A stretch of 32,000 bases of DNA, taken from positions 1,620,001 to 1,652,000 of the forward strand of contig NZ_CP030918.1 in assembly GCF_003324675.1 (NCBI RefSeq). Direction: 5' to 3'. A program made the position numbers and the translations under genes. A model generated the notes under the pieces. That model worked only from the letters and a program-made list of their open reading frames with translations, ran no database searches and was not told the origin of the DNA. Source of the DNA: Paracoccus suum. GTDB lineage: Bacteria > Pseudomonadota > Alphaproteobacteria > Rhodobacterales > Rhodobacteraceae. Every line of letters begins with the position of its first letter. Positions within the stretch are counted from its first letter, which is position 1. Shown in pieces: positions 1 through 8,805 of the stretch.

Positions 1-1750
1 CGCGGGTCGGCACGCCCTCGGCCTCCAGCGTCTCGCGTGCAGCAAGGGCAATCTCGACCTCCGAGCCGGAGGACATCAGCACCACCCTGGGCGCGGCCGA
101 GGCCTCGCGCAGCACATAGGCGCCCCGGGCGGTCAGGTTTTCCGCCCCGTCGTCCTGGCGCACCAGCGGCAGGTTCTGGCGCGATAGCGCCAGGATCGAG
201 GGGGTAGTGTCGGTGGTCAGCGCCAGTTGCCACGCCTCGGCGGTCTCGACCAGATCGGCGGGGCGGAAGGTCCAGGTATTGGGCGTCGCGCGCAGCATCG
301 CCAGATGCTCGACCGGCTGGTGGGTGGGGCCGTCCTCGCCGAGGCCGATCGAGTCATGCGTCATCACGAACACCGACGGCACGCCCATCAGCGCCGCCAG
401 GCGCATGGAGGGGCGCATGTAGTCGGCAAAGCACAGGAACGTGCCGCCATAGGCGCGGTAGCCGCCATGCAGCGTGATGCCGTTCATCGCCGCCGCCATG
501 CCATGCTCACGGATGCCGTAATAGATGTAGCGGCCGTGGCGGTTCTGGTCGTTGAAGATGCCGAGATCGGGGGTCAGCGTGTTGTTGCTGCCGGTCAGGT
601 CGGCGCTGCCGCCCACGGTCTCGGGGATGGCGGCGTTGACCGCCTCAAGCACCATTTCGGATGCCTTGCGGGTTGCGAGCTTGGGCTTGTCGGCGAGTGC
701 CTTGGCCTTGACCGCGGCGATGGCCGGCGCGAGGGCGTCGGAGGTCTCGCCCGAGACGCGCCGGGCAAAGGCCGTGCGCTGATCTGCGGGCAGGGCGTCG
801 ACGCGGGCGTTCCACGCCTCGCGCGCGGACCGGCCCTTGGCGCCGATTTGCAGCCAGGCCTCGCGCAGGTCGTCGGGCACGACGAAGTCCGGATGCTCCC
901 AGCCATAGGCGCCGCGGACCTTGACGATCTCCTCGGCGCCGAGGGGCGAGCCGTGCACGCCGCTGGTGTCCTGCTTGCTCGCGCCATAGCCGATGAATGT
1001 CCGGCAATCGACCAGCACCGGGCGGCCGTCGTCCTTGATGGCTTTGTTCAGGGCGGTCGCTATATCGGCCGGGTCATGGCCGTCGCACTCAAGGACGCGC
1101 CAGCCCGACGCCTCGAACCGCGCCTTCTGGTCGGTCGCATCCGACAGGGCGACGCGGCCATCGATGGTGATCTTGTTGTCGTCCCAGAGCACGATCAGTT
1201 TGCCGAGCCGCAGCCGGCCGGCGAGGGTGAGCGCCTCCTGGCTGATACCCTCCATCAGGCAACCGTCGCCCGAGATGACCCAGGTGCGGTGATCGCACAG
1301 ATCGGCGCCAAACTCGGCCCGCATCTTTTCCTCGGCGATGGCAAAGCCCACGGCCGTCGCGAAGCCCTGGCCCAGCGGGCCGGTGGTCATCTCGACCCCT
1401 TCGGCGTGGCGATATTCGGGGTGGCCGGCGGTGATGCTGCCGAGTTGGCGGAAGTTGCGCAGCTGGTCGAGGGTCATCTGCTCGTAGCCGGTCAGATGCA
1501 GCAGCGAATAGAGCAGCATAGAGCCATGGCCGGCGGACAGGATGAACCGGTCGCGGTCGAACCAGTTGGGCGCCGCGGCATCGAACTTGAGGTGGTCGCG
1601 GAAGAGGACGGTGGCGACATCGGCCATGCCCATCGGCATTCCCGGATGACCGCTGTTGGCCGCCTGCACGGCGTCCATCGCCAGTGCCCGGATGGCTGTG
1701 GCGAGGTTCCAGGTGGCGAGGTCGGACGAACGACGTTCGGCGAAATCCAT
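1..1750 (-). CDS. tkt: Transketolase, N-terminal ~583 codons (3' end of the gene runs off the left edge)
   Basis: Absent from the ORF track because it is open at the window edge. Hand translation of the reverse strand from ATG (complement of 1748-1750) gives [89 protein letters not shown]...GHPE...TTGPLGQG, the canonical TPP-binding N-terminus of transketolase. The listed 227..1789(+) ORF is its antisense shadow. Confidence 0.93.
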   Translation of the reverse strand, partial: MDFAERRSSDLATWNLATAIRALAMDAVQAANSGHPGMPMGMADVATVLFRDHLKFDAAAPNWFDRDRFILSAGHGSMLLYSLLHLTGYEQMTLDQLRNFRQLGSITAGHPEYRHAEGVEMTTGPLGQGFATAVGFAIAEEKMRAEFGADLCDHRTWVISGDGCLMEGISQEALTLAGRLRLGKLIVLWDDNKITIDGRVALSDATDQKARFEASGWRVLECDGHDPADIATALNKAIKDDGRPVLVDCRTFIGYGASKQDTSGVHGSPLGAEEIVKVRGAYGWEHPDFVVPDDLREAWLQIGAKGRSAREAWNARVDALPADQRTAFARRVSGETSDALAPAIAAVKAKALADKPKLATRKASEMVLEAVNAAIPETVGGSADLTGSNNTLTPDLGIFNDQNRHGRYIYYGIREHGMAAAMNGITLHGGYRAYGGTFLCFADYMRPSMRLAALMGVPSVFVMTHDSIGLGEDGPTHQPVEHLAMLRATPNTWTFRPADLVETAEAWQLALTTDTTPSILALSRQNLPLVRQDDGAENLTARGAYVLREASAAPRVVLMSSGSEVEIALAARETLEAEGVPTR

Positions 1751-1876
1751 GAAAAGGCTCCGGCTGGCTGGGCTTGGGCAGGGGTGTAGCAGGTGGCGGG
1801 GCGAGGACAAGGTATCCGCGCGTGCCCTGGGGTGGACGTGGGGCGCACCGAACGACCCCGAGGGGCGCTAAGTGCC

Positions 1877-2236
1877 CTACTGCGCGCAGGGCGCCAGATG
1901 CACCGGCGCACCGGCTGTTGCGCCAAGGCTTACGCATCCTGCATCGACGCAGAGCCGCCAGCCCGCGCCGGTCGTGCCCGAGGCTGCCAGCACCACCTCC
2001 GGTACCGGGCGGCCGACGGGCCAAACCCACCAGCCGCCCCGCAGCACCGCGCCGTCGCCGGGCTCCATCCCTGCGCCGGAACTGCGAACGGCGGCGCTCT
2101 CCAAAACCAATGCGCTATCGGCGACGCGCCACTGCTCGCGCCAGCTGGTGCGCTGGACAGAATGCGTCCATTCCAGCGCAAAGCCGTGGCTCGCGGTCAG
2201 GGCGAGCGCACCGACCAGCAGGCATCCACCGCTCAT
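1877..2236 (-). CDS. Small DUF1850-like protein that follows TAXI-TRAP permease genes (function unknown)
   Basis: Last 119 codons of the listed 1877..3061(-) ORF, from ATG at complement 2234-2236: MSGGCLLVGALALTASHGFALEWTHSVQRTSWREQWRV...RSSGAGMEPGDGAVLRGGWW. The pattern (W.HSV...W.E.W...GSGAGMEP) matches my memory of DUF1850. The start overlaps the permease stop as ATGA (2233-2236). Confidence 0.7.
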   Translation of the reverse strand: MSGGCLLVGALALTASHGFALEWTHSVQRTSWREQWRVADSALVLESAAVRSSGAGMEPGDGAVLRGGWWVWPVGRPVPEVVLAASGTTGAGWRLCVDAGCVSLGATAGAPVHLAPCAQ

Positions 2237-4335
2237 CCGGCGGCGGCGACAGTCCGATGCTGGCGCCACATCCACAGCGCGAACAGTGCCGAAAGGGCAA
2301 AGCCGACCTCGTCCGTGACGGGCAGGGCGGCGCATAGCAGGAACGCGGCGACCATCGCCAGTGCGCGCTCTGGCCAGCCGATGCGGTGCCCCAGCCAGCC
2401 GATCACGGCGATGCCCCAGAGGCCGATCGCCAGCACTGCCTTGACGACGATATAGGCCACCGCCGGCAAAAAGCCGATCGCGGCGCCCAGGGCGCCCCCA
2501 TCCTGAAGCATCAGCTCGGGTGTGTAGACCGCGAGGAAGGGCACGACGAACCCGGCGGCCGCGATCTTGATCGCCTCCATGCTGATCTTGAGGCCGCTTT
2601 CCTTGGCGATGGGGGCTGCGGCAAAGCAGGCCAGTGCCACCGGCGGCGTCAGGTCTGCCAGGATGCCGAAGTAAAAGACGAACATGTGGCTGACGATCAG
2701 CGGCACGCCCAGTTGCAGCAACGCGCCGCCGGCGATGGACGAGGTGATGATGTAGTTGGGGATCGTCGGGATCCCCATACCCAGCACGATGCAGGTGATC
2801 ATGGTCAGCAGCAGCGACAGGAAAAGGCTGCCTTGGCCGACCGACACGATGAAGGTGCCAAAGGTCGAGGCCGCCCCCGTCAGGGTCATGGTGCCGATCA
2901 CGATGCCGACCAGCGCGCAGGCGACGCCCACCGGCAGCGCTGTCTTGGCGCCGTCGGCGAGGCTCTCGATGCAGAGGCGCAGCGTCTCGCGGCCGCCGCG
3001 GCTGAGCAGGTTCCAGGCCACCAGCAGCCCCAGCGCGACGCCGACTGGCTTGATCCCCCATTCAAAAAACGACGCGGTGATCAGGCCCAGCCCGATCCAG
3101 ACGATGGCCCGGATCACACCATTCGACACCCCCAGCAGGGCCGAAGCGCCGAGGATCAGCATGACCGTCAGCGCAAGGCCGATCGTGCCCGCGTAAAGCG
3201 GCGTGTAGCCCGAGAATAGCAGCCAGACGAGGACCGCCAGCGGCAGGATCAGGTACCAGCCCTCGCGCAGCGCCCGCAGGGGCGAGGGAAGGTCGGCCTT
3301 TTTCATGCCGACGAGGCCGCGCTTGCCGGCCTCCAGGTGGGTCATCCAGAAGGCTGCGGCGAAATAGAGGATAGCGGGGATCACCGCGGCCTTGACGATC
3401 TGGACATATTCAACGCCCAGCGTCTCGGCCATGATGAAGGCGACCGCGCCCATGACGGGGGGCATGATCTGCCCGCCCATGCTGGCCGTGGCCTCGACAC
3501 CGCCGGCGAATGCTGGACGATAGCCAAAGCGCTTCATCAGCGGGATGGTGAACTGGCCGGTGGTGACGACGTTGGCGACGCCCGAACCCGAGATCGTGCC
3601 CATCAGCGCGCTGCTGACCACCGCGACCTTGGCCGCGCCGCCAAGCCGGTGCCCGACCAGGCCCAGCGAGACGTCGGTGAATAGCTTGATCATGCCGGCT
3701 TTTTCGAGAAACGAGCCGAACAGGATGAACAGGAAGATATAGCTGCTGCTGACGTAGATCGGGATGCCATAGATACCCTCGGTGCCATAGGCCATGTGCT
3801 CGACCACCTGGCTAAAGTCATAGCCGCGGGTCTGCATCATGCCCGGCGCATATTGTCCGAGGAAACAATACAGTAGGAAAGCCCCGGCAATGATTGGCAG
3901 GGCGATGCCCATGATCGCCCATGCGGCGACGAACACCGTTACCAGCGCAACGACACCCATGAGCAGATCGAGGCTGGTCGGATCCCCGGCACGGATCAGC
4001 AGCGGCTCGAACTCGAGCCACTGGTAGGCGGCGACCGCGACCCCCGCGAGGGCCAGCACCCAGGCCAGCGCTATCGCGGGCCGGGACCAGCGCTTGGCCA
4101 GGGCGACCAACGGAAAGGTCAACAGCAGCAAAAAGCCGACATGCACTGCCCGCACGATCTGCGAGGGCAGGTCCAGGAGGTGCGCGGCGGTGGCGACCTG
4201 AAAGACCGAAAACGCGACCGCGATCCAGAACAGCAAACGTCCGACCGGCGCATCCGGAAAGCTGTCGGCCAGCGGGTCATGCAAGCCGAGGTCGGGCGCT
4301 GCGGCCGGGACGGGGTGCGGGTGGGCTGCTGTCAT
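2233..4335 (-). CDS. TRAP transporter fused 4TM/12TM permease (TAXI-type system)
   Basis: ORF 2233..4554(-), start trimmed to ATG at complement 4333-4335 (MTAAHPHPVP...) because the upstream part is Arg-rich junk running through the intercistronic hairpin. About 700 aa and highly hydrophobic. Motifs GTEGIYGIPIYVSSSYIFLFILFG, SGSGVANVVTTGQFTIPLMKR and ASMGGQIMPPVMGAVAFIMAE are typical of fused TRAP permeases. Confidence 0.9.
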   Translation of the reverse strand: MTAAHPHPVPAAAPDLGLHDPLADSFPDAPVGRLLFWIAVAFSVFQVATAAHLLDLPSQIVRAVHVGFLLLLTFPLVALAKRWSRPAIALAWVLALAGVAVAAYQWLEFEPLLIRAGDPTSLDLLMGVVALVTVFVAAWAIMGIALPIIAGAFLLYCFLGQYAPGMMQTRGYDFSQVVEHMAYGTEGIYGIPIYVSSSYIFLFILFGSFLEKAGMIKLFTDVSLGLVGHRLGGAAKVAVVSSALMGTISGSGVANVVTTGQFTIPLMKRFGYRPAFAGGVEATASMGGQIMPPVMGAVAFIMAETLGVEYVQIVKAAVIPAILYFAAAFWMTHLEAGKRGLVGMKKADLPSPLRALREGWYLILPLAVLVWLLFSGYTPLYAGTIGLALTVMLILGASALLGVSNGVIRAIVWIGLGLITASFFEWGIKPVGVALGLLVAWNLLSRGGRETLRLCIESLADGAKTALPVGVACALVGIVIGTMTLTGAASTFGTFIVSVGQGSLFLSLLLTMITCIVLGMGIPTIPNYIITSSIAGGALLQLGVPLIVSHMFVFYFGILADLTPPVALACFAAAPIAKESGLKISMEAIKIAAAGFVVPFLAVYTPELMLQDGGALGAAIGFLPAVAYIVVKAVLAIGLWGIAVIGWLGHRIGWPERALAMVAAFLLCAALPVTDEVGFALSALFALWMWRQHRTVAAAG

Positions 4336-4362
4336 GTGTCGGCCGCCATTGAAATGGAATGG

Positions 4363-4384
4363 CGCCCGGCGATGCCGCCGGGCG
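4363..4384 (-). promoter_or_regulatory. Perfect 9-bp GC hairpin between the binding-protein and permease genes (intercistronic stem-loop)
   Basis: cgcccggcg (4363-4371), atgc loop, cgccgggcg (4376-4384): a perfect inverted repeat in the 82-nt spacer. On the transcribed (minus) strand it is followed by CCAUUCCAUUUCAAU, only moderately U-rich. Confidence 0.5.
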
Positions 4385-4417
4385 TTTGATCGTGTGTCGC
4401 GCGCGCTTGCGCCACCC

Positions 4418-5395
4418 TCACTTGAGGATGCCGGCCTCGCGGTAGTACTTTTCCGCGCCGGGGTGCAGCGGCAGCGGCATGCCTTCCAGCGCCTTGGCCG
4501 GATCGATCGCCTGTGCCGCCGAATGGGCCGCGCGCAGGCCGTCGAGGTGCTCATACATCAGCTTGGTCATCTGGTAGACCTCTTCCTCGGGCACGCCTTC
4601 ATGCGTGATCAGGAAGTTCTGCACCGCGACGCCCGGAACCTCGGCATCCTGGCCCTGGTAGGTGCCCGCCGGAATCGTCGTCGCCTGGTAGGGCGCGCCC
4701 AGCTTGGTCACCACATCCTCCGGAACCGCCACCACGGTGATCGGCACCGAGGTCGCGAGGTCCTTTAGCGAGGCTACGCCGAGGCCGGCGGACTGCAGCG
4801 TCGCGTCCAGTTGGCGGTTCTTCATCAGTTCGACCGATTCCGCGAACGGCAGATATTCGACCTTGGACAGATCGTCATAGCTCATCCCGGCGGCTTCCAG
4901 AATGGCGCGGGCGTTCAGCTCCGTCCCCGACTTGGCAGCGCCCACGGACAGGCTTTTGCCCTTCAGATCGGCGAGGGTGTTGATCCCGCTTTCCTTGCTG
5001 GCGACGATCTGGACGTAGTTCGGATAAATCGCGGCGACCCCGCGCAGCTTGTCCAGCGGCGCCTTGAATCCGGCCTCGGCGTCACCCTCCCATGCCAGCT
5101 TGACGCTGTCACCCAGCGAAAAGGCGATCTCGCCCTTGCCCTGCTGCAGCAGGTTAAGGTTCTCGACCGAGGCCTTCGTCGCCTGGACCTGCACGCGGGC
5201 GCCGGAAATGCCGTCGGTGTATATCTTCTGCAGCGCCACGCCCATCGGGTAGTAAACCCCCGAGGTGCCGCCGGTCAGGATGTTGATGAATTGCGCGGCC
5301 GAGGCGCCGATCGGTGCGCCCAGGGCGGCAACGGCCAGTGCCGCCGCCAGCAGGCGGCCGCGGCGGGGCGCGGTCTTGCGAAGGCTGGATTGCAT
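4418..5395 (-). CDS. TAXI family TRAP transporter solute-binding subunit
   Basis: ORF 4418..5554(-), start trimmed to ATG at complement 5393-5395 with GGAG about 8 nt upstream. The product has a signal peptide (MQSSLRKTAPRRGRLLAAALAVAALGAPIGASAAQF) followed by ILTGGTSGVYYPMG, the hallmark of TAXI (immunogenic-protein family) binding proteins. Confidence 0.9.
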   Translation of the reverse strand: MQSSLRKTAPRRGRLLAAALAVAALGAPIGASAAQFINILTGGTSGVYYPMGVALQKIYTDGISGARVQVQATKASVENLNLLQQGKGEIAFSLGDSVKLAWEGDAEAGFKAPLDKLRGVAAIYPNYVQIVASKESGINTLADLKGKSLSVGAAKSGTELNARAILEAAGMSYDDLSKVEYLPFAESVELMKNRQLDATLQSAGLGVASLKDLATSVPITVVAVPEDVVTKLGAPYQATTIPAGTYQGQDAEVPGVAVQNFLITHEGVPEEEVYQMTKLMYEHLDGLRAAHSAAQAIDPAKALEGMPLPLHPGAEKYYREAGILK

Positions 5396-5498
5396 CGGGC
5401 AGTCTCCTCTCTGTCCGGATCTTGGTGGGGCGACAATGTCTGCAATGGCAGGGTCAGGCAAGGCTGCAGTGCGGCGCAAGGTCGCAGTGTTGATCACG

Positions 5499-5524
5499 AA
5501 AATGCGGGCCCGGGTCCGGGCCGC
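5499..5524 (-). terminator. Probable intrinsic terminator downstream of ssb
   Basis: Plus strand reads aaaat-gcgggcccgg-gt-ccgggccgc. On the minus strand this is a ~9-bp GC stem (one bulged base) followed by AUUUUCGU, about 70 nt after the ssb stop. Confidence 0.4.
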
Positions 5525-5593
5525 ATTCACGCAGCCTCGCGGCAGCGCGAGCATCTGAGAGCTGTCAAGAGGGCCGAAACGCCGTGACGGAGG

Positions 5594-6094
5594 TCAGAAC
5601 GGGATGTCGTCGTCGAACTCGGGCCGGTTGCTGCTGCCGGACTGGTTGCCGCCGCCCGAGGCGTTTCTTCCGCCCGACTGGCCGCCCCAATCGCTGCCGC
5701 CACGATCGTAATCGCCGCCACCTTGGCCACCCTGGCCGCCCCCGCGTCCATCCAGCATTGTCAACTCGCTGCGGAAGGGACGCAGCGCGACCTCGGTCGT
5801 GTAGCGGTCGTTGCCGGATTGGTCCTGCCACTTGCGGGTTTCCAGTTGGCCCTCGACGTAGATCTTGGCGCCTTTCTTCAGGTATTGCTCGGCGACGCGC
5901 ACCAAGGGCTCGGAATAGATGGCGACACTGTGCCATTCGGTCTTTTCGCGGCGCTCGCCGCTGTTCTTGTCGCGCCAACTTTCCGAGGTGGCGATTCGCA
6001 AGTTTGCCACTTTGCCGCCGTTCGGGAAATTGCGGACCTCAGGGTCCTGCCCGAGGTTCCCGACCAGGATTACCTTGTTCACGCTTCCAGCCAT
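5594..6094 (-). CDS. ssb: Single-stranded DNA-binding protein
   Basis: 166 aa. OB-fold N-terminus [21 protein letters not shown]...TEWHSV, a Gly/Gln-rich linker, and the acidic C-terminal tip DDDIPF. Confidence 0.96.
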   Translation of the reverse strand: MAGSVNKVILVGNLGQDPEVRNFPNGGKVANLRIATSESWRDKNSGERREKTEWHSVAIYSEPLVRVAEQYLKKGAKIYVEGQLETRKWQDQSGNDRYTTEVALRPFRSELTMLDGRGGGQGGQGGGDYDRGGSDWGGQSGGRNASGGGNQSGSSNRPEFDDDIPF

Positions 6095-6302
6095 TGCCGC
6101 ACCCCCAGAACTTGCCTTTGGCGAACAGCCTTAAACCGCGCCGGATCGGCCCTCAAGTCGCTGCCGCCACCGCGCGGGCAGGCCGTATTAAGCGGGAATC
6201 CGCGCGCCGGTTCCCGCGGGCCGGCGCACCTTTGCGAGAGGCTGGCGGTAGGATCCGGTTGGGGCTATCGTCGCCGAAATAGAATTAAGAACGAGGGCAG
6301 CG

Positions 6303-6956
6303 ATGTTGGCAGGGTCTGGAGTGCGCGCCGGGCGCGTGACGCGGGGTCTCGTGGCCGTGGCGCTGGCGGCGATGCTGGTCCCCCAAGCCCCCACCGCCTC
6401 ATCGGCACAAGGCCTTTATCAAGGCGGCGGCGGCTCGCGCCTGTCGCAATTCCAACGCCAGACCCGGCTGATGGATTCCCGCCTATCGGCCCAGTACCAG
6501 CAGAGCGCGCGCCTGCAACCCGGCGGTGCCAACCGCAAGATCACCGTCACCACCGTGCCCCTGCAGGGGGCGATCCCCCAATACAGCGGCCGCCGCAGCG
6601 CCTACGTGCCCCACGCCCGCGCCGCTGCGCGCAAGCACGGCGTTCCGGAGGATCTGTTCCTGCGCCTCGTGCAGCAGGAATCCGGCTGGAACCCGAATGC
6701 TCGCAGCTACAAGGGCGCGCGCGGTCTGGCGCAGCTGATGCCCGGCACGGCCGCCAAGCTGGGCGTCAACGCCGCCGATCCGATCCAGAACCTGGACGGC
6801 GGGGCGCGCTATCTGCGCCTGATGTACAACACGTTTGGCGACTGGCGCCTGGCCCTCGCGGCGTATAACGCAGGCCCCGGGGCGGTCGCCCGCTATCGCG
6901 GTGTGCCGCCGTATCGCGAGACGACGAACTACGTCCGCGTGATCGCTGGCGGCTGA
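6303..6956 (+). CDS. Secreted lytic transglycosylase (SLT domain) protein
   Basis: 217 aa with an N-terminal signal-like segment ([23 protein letters not shown]). SLT motifs [22 protein letters not shown] and [10 protein letters not shown] are present. GAGGG lies 5 nt before the ATG at 6303. Confidence 0.85.
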   Translation: MLAGSGVRAGRVTRGLVAVALAAMLVPQAPTASSAQGLYQGGGGSRLSQFQRQTRLMDSRLSAQYQQSARLQPGGANRKITVTTVPLQGAIPQYSGRRSAYVPHARAAARKHGVPEDLFLRLVQQESGWNPNARSYKGARGLAQLMPGTAAKLGVNAADPIQNLDGGARYLRLMYNTFGDWRLALAAYNAGPGAVARYRGVPPYRETTNYVRVIAGG

Positions 6957-6973
6957 GCCAAGCACCCACCCCA

Positions 6974-8077
6974 CTAGCCGTAGATGAAATCGCTCTCCTG
7001 CAAGGGGACGATGAAGTTGGCGAGGGTGATGACCGCCCCTTCGCCAAAGCGCAGCACCACGGACGTCTTGAGAACCTGCGCCTCGGCGATGATCCTGGCC
7101 GCATCCTCGCCATAACCGATGAAGATGCGGTCCTCGCCCTGTTTGAAGTCAGTGATCCGGTCCGTCCCCGTCATCTCGAAACTGGCGCGTCGGAAATCGA
7201 ACAAGTCGGCGCCGAGACCGCCGGTCATCGTGTCGTTGCCCTCCATCGCAACCAGCCGGTCATTGCCCGCCCCGCCGTCCAGCACATCGCTCCAGGCTCC
7301 GTCATAGAGCGAGTCGTCTCCGTCGCCGCCGCTCAGCGTGTCGGCCCCTTCGTCTCCGATCAAAACGTCATTGCCCACTCCGCCTGCAAGCGTGTCGTTC
7401 CCCGAACCGCCATACATGCTGTCGTTGCCCGAGCCGCCGATCAGCGCGTCGCCGCCGCCATCACCATAGAGCGTGTCATTGCCATTGCCGCCGGTGATGG
7501 AATCGATCCCCGCGCCGCCCTGCAGGACCGATCCCCACGAGCCGCCGAGCAGCGTGTCGGCCCCGTCACCGCCGTTGAGGGTGGTGTACCAGTCGCCGCC
7601 CTTAAGCCAGTCGTTGCCCTTGGCCCCCTCGACATAGCTGCCGCCCACCAAGTCGGTGATGCGGTCGTCGCCCTGGCCGCCATAGATACGGTCAAACCCG
7701 GCGCCGCCGTCGATCGTGTCGTTGCCATTGCAGCCGTAGACGGTGTCGTAGCCGTCGCCAGCGTTGATGCTGTCGCTGCCGTCCAAGGTCCAGTCGGGGT
7801 CGGAGGTACCGACGATATAGTCCGCGCCGCCGCCGCCATTGATAACGTTGCCTGCCGAGTTGTCGCCGAACAGCAGGTCATCATCCTCGGTTCCGGTCCA
7901 TGTCATGACCGCGGCGAGCGCAAAGCCCTGGATCGTCAGTGACATCGGCGCATAGACCGCTGCCAAGGTGCTTTCCGCAGACGGAAAATCGCCGCCGAGG
8001 GCCATGATGGTGAACGTGTCATCGGCGAGCGGGGCCGGCGCTGCGGCCTCGCCGAGCGGTGTAACGAAACTGGACAT
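6974..8077 (-). CDS. RTX-type calcium-binding repeat protein, probable type I secretion substrate
   Basis: 367 aa with no N-terminal signal peptide. About 18 GGxGxD-type nonapeptide repeats (GNGNDTIDG, GAGFDRIYG, GSGNDSMYG, GSGNDTLAG, GVGNDVLIG...). The C-terminal block GADLFDF...DRITDFKQGEDRIFI resembles the T1SS C-terminal target domain. Confidence 0.85.
   Translation of the reverse strand: MSSFVTPLGEAAAPAPLADDTFTIMALGGDFPSAESTLAAVYAPMSLTIQGFALAAVMTWTGTEDDDLLFGDNSAGNVINGGGGADYIVGTSDPDWTLDGSDSINAGDGYDTVYGCNGNDTIDGGAGFDRIYGGQGDDRITDLVGGSYVEGAKGNDWLKGGDWYTTLNGGDGADTLLGGSWGSVLQGGAGIDSITGGNGNDTLYGDGGGDALIGGSGNDSMYGGSGNDTLAGGVGNDVLIGDEGADTLSGGDGDDSLYDGAWSDVLDGGAGNDRLVAMEGNDTMTGGLGADLFDFRRASFEMTGTDRITDFKQGEDRIFIGYGEDAARIIAEAQVLKTSVVLRFGEGAVITLANFIVPLQESDFIYG
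7193..7882 (-). repeat. Degenerate 27-nt periodicity that encodes the RTX nonapeptide repeats (within the CDS)
   Basis: Residues ~66-295 of the RTX protein. The DNA shows recurring gccgcc/gtcgtt...gccgcc patterns, the complement of GGxGxD codons. Confidence 0.8.
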
Positions 8078-8085
8078 TTGGCTCC

Positions 8086-8685
8086 TCAGGCGCGGCTCAG
8101 GGTGATGCGGGTGTATTTCGTGCCCTCGATCGCGGCGCCGGCCATAAGGCCGGACTGGCCAAAGATCATCGCGACAACCGGGTATTGCAGCGCCAGCGTG
8201 TCGGCGCCGATGTCCATGCCGCCGGTCGGAAGGGCGTAGAACGCATCCGCCCCGGCAACCCAGCCCGGCGAGGCGCGGAACGCCGCCAGCGCGTCACTGC
8301 TGCGAAAGATCAGGGCGTGGGCATATTGCTGGGCGCCGGCCTGCACGCCGAAGGTCGCCTTGGCCGCCGAATAGTAATCGACCGTCTGCCCGCCGACGCG
8401 CAGCGCGCCCTCGCCATAGGCGGCGCCCGGGCCGAAGGCCGCCTCGGTCACCAGCGGCATGTAAAGAACGCCCTGCGCCGCCTGCACCATGGGCGCGGCC
8501 GAGGGATAGGTCTGCACCAGATAATCCCGCGTCGCGTCGACGCGGGTGTCGATGCCGGCGGCCGAGCCGATGCCGTAGCCGGTCGCGCAGCCACCCAGGG
8601 CCGCGCCGGACAGCAGGGCCGCCGTGCCGACCGCGCCCCGCATCATCAGTCCGCGACGCGTAATGCCACCTTCGTTCGGGGTCAT
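8086..8685 (-). CDS. Tat-signal lipoprotein with a SYLF (Ysc84-like, DUF500) domain
   Basis: ORF 8086..8760(-), start trimmed to ATG at complement 8683-8685, preceded by GGAAGGA. The product has a twin-arginine motif (ITRRGLMM) and a lipobox-like LGGC. The body (GVLYMPLVTEAAFGPGAAYGEGAL...YYSAAKATFGVQAGAQQ...FGQSGLMAGAAIEGTKYTRI) matches my memory of bacterial SYLF-domain proteins. The domain call needs an HMM search. Confidence 0.62.
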   Translation of the reverse strand: MTPNEGGITRRGLMMRGAVGTAALLSGAALGGCATGYGIGSAAGIDTRVDATRDYLVQTYPSAAPMVQAAQGVLYMPLVTEAAFGPGAAYGEGALRVGGQTVDYYSAAKATFGVQAGAQQYAHALIFRSSDALAAFRASPGWVAGADAFYALPTGGMDIGADTLALQYPVVAMIFGQSGLMAGAAIEGTKYTRITLSRA

Positions 8686-8805
8686 TGCCTGATCCTTCCA
8701 TTCCCGCCGGGCCGAAATTGCCCTGCCGGAAAGTCTATCCCCATTGCCCGCGGCCCGCATCTTTACCGCCGGCGGATGAGCGGCGTTCTGTCCTTTGACG
8801 GACCG

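Noticed and set aside
1751-1876. Possible terminator hairpin (cgaccccgaggggcg) between the DUF1850 gene and tkt
   Set aside because: The stem is short and bulged, and no U-tract follows on the transcribed strand. I cannot tell it apart from random GC-rich self-complementarity.
2237-3061. N-terminal 275 codons of the listed 394-aa ORF 1877..3061(-)
   Set aside because: This part overlaps the TRAP permease in another frame and is Arg/Pro/Gly-rich nonsense. Only the last 119 codons (the DUF1850-like gene) look real.
5620-5760. GC-rich low-complexity repeats (ggccac/ggcggc runs)
   Set aside because: They encode the Gly-rich flexible linker of SSB ([25 protein letters not shown]), which is normal for this protein.
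6108-6126. GAAC-N11-GAAC direct repeat just upstream of ssb, a possible alphaproteobacterial LexA (SOS) box
   Set aside because: The established alphaproteobacterial LexA box is GAAC/GTTC with a 7-nt spacer. The spacer here is 11 nt, so it does not fit.
7193-7882. Periodic repeat pattern that could be mistaken for a tandem repeat or CRISPR-like array
   Set aside because: The period is 27 nt and degenerate, there is no repeat/spacer alternation, and it translates cleanly into RTX GGxGxD nonapeptides inside a CDS.
8686-8760. Upstream in-frame ATG at 8760 that would extend the SYLF protein by 25 residues
   Set aside because: No SD precedes it, and the extension (MRAAGNGDRLSGRAISARREWKDQA) is not signal-like. 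The ATG at 8685 has GGAAGGA at good spacing and sits directly before the twin-arginine motif.
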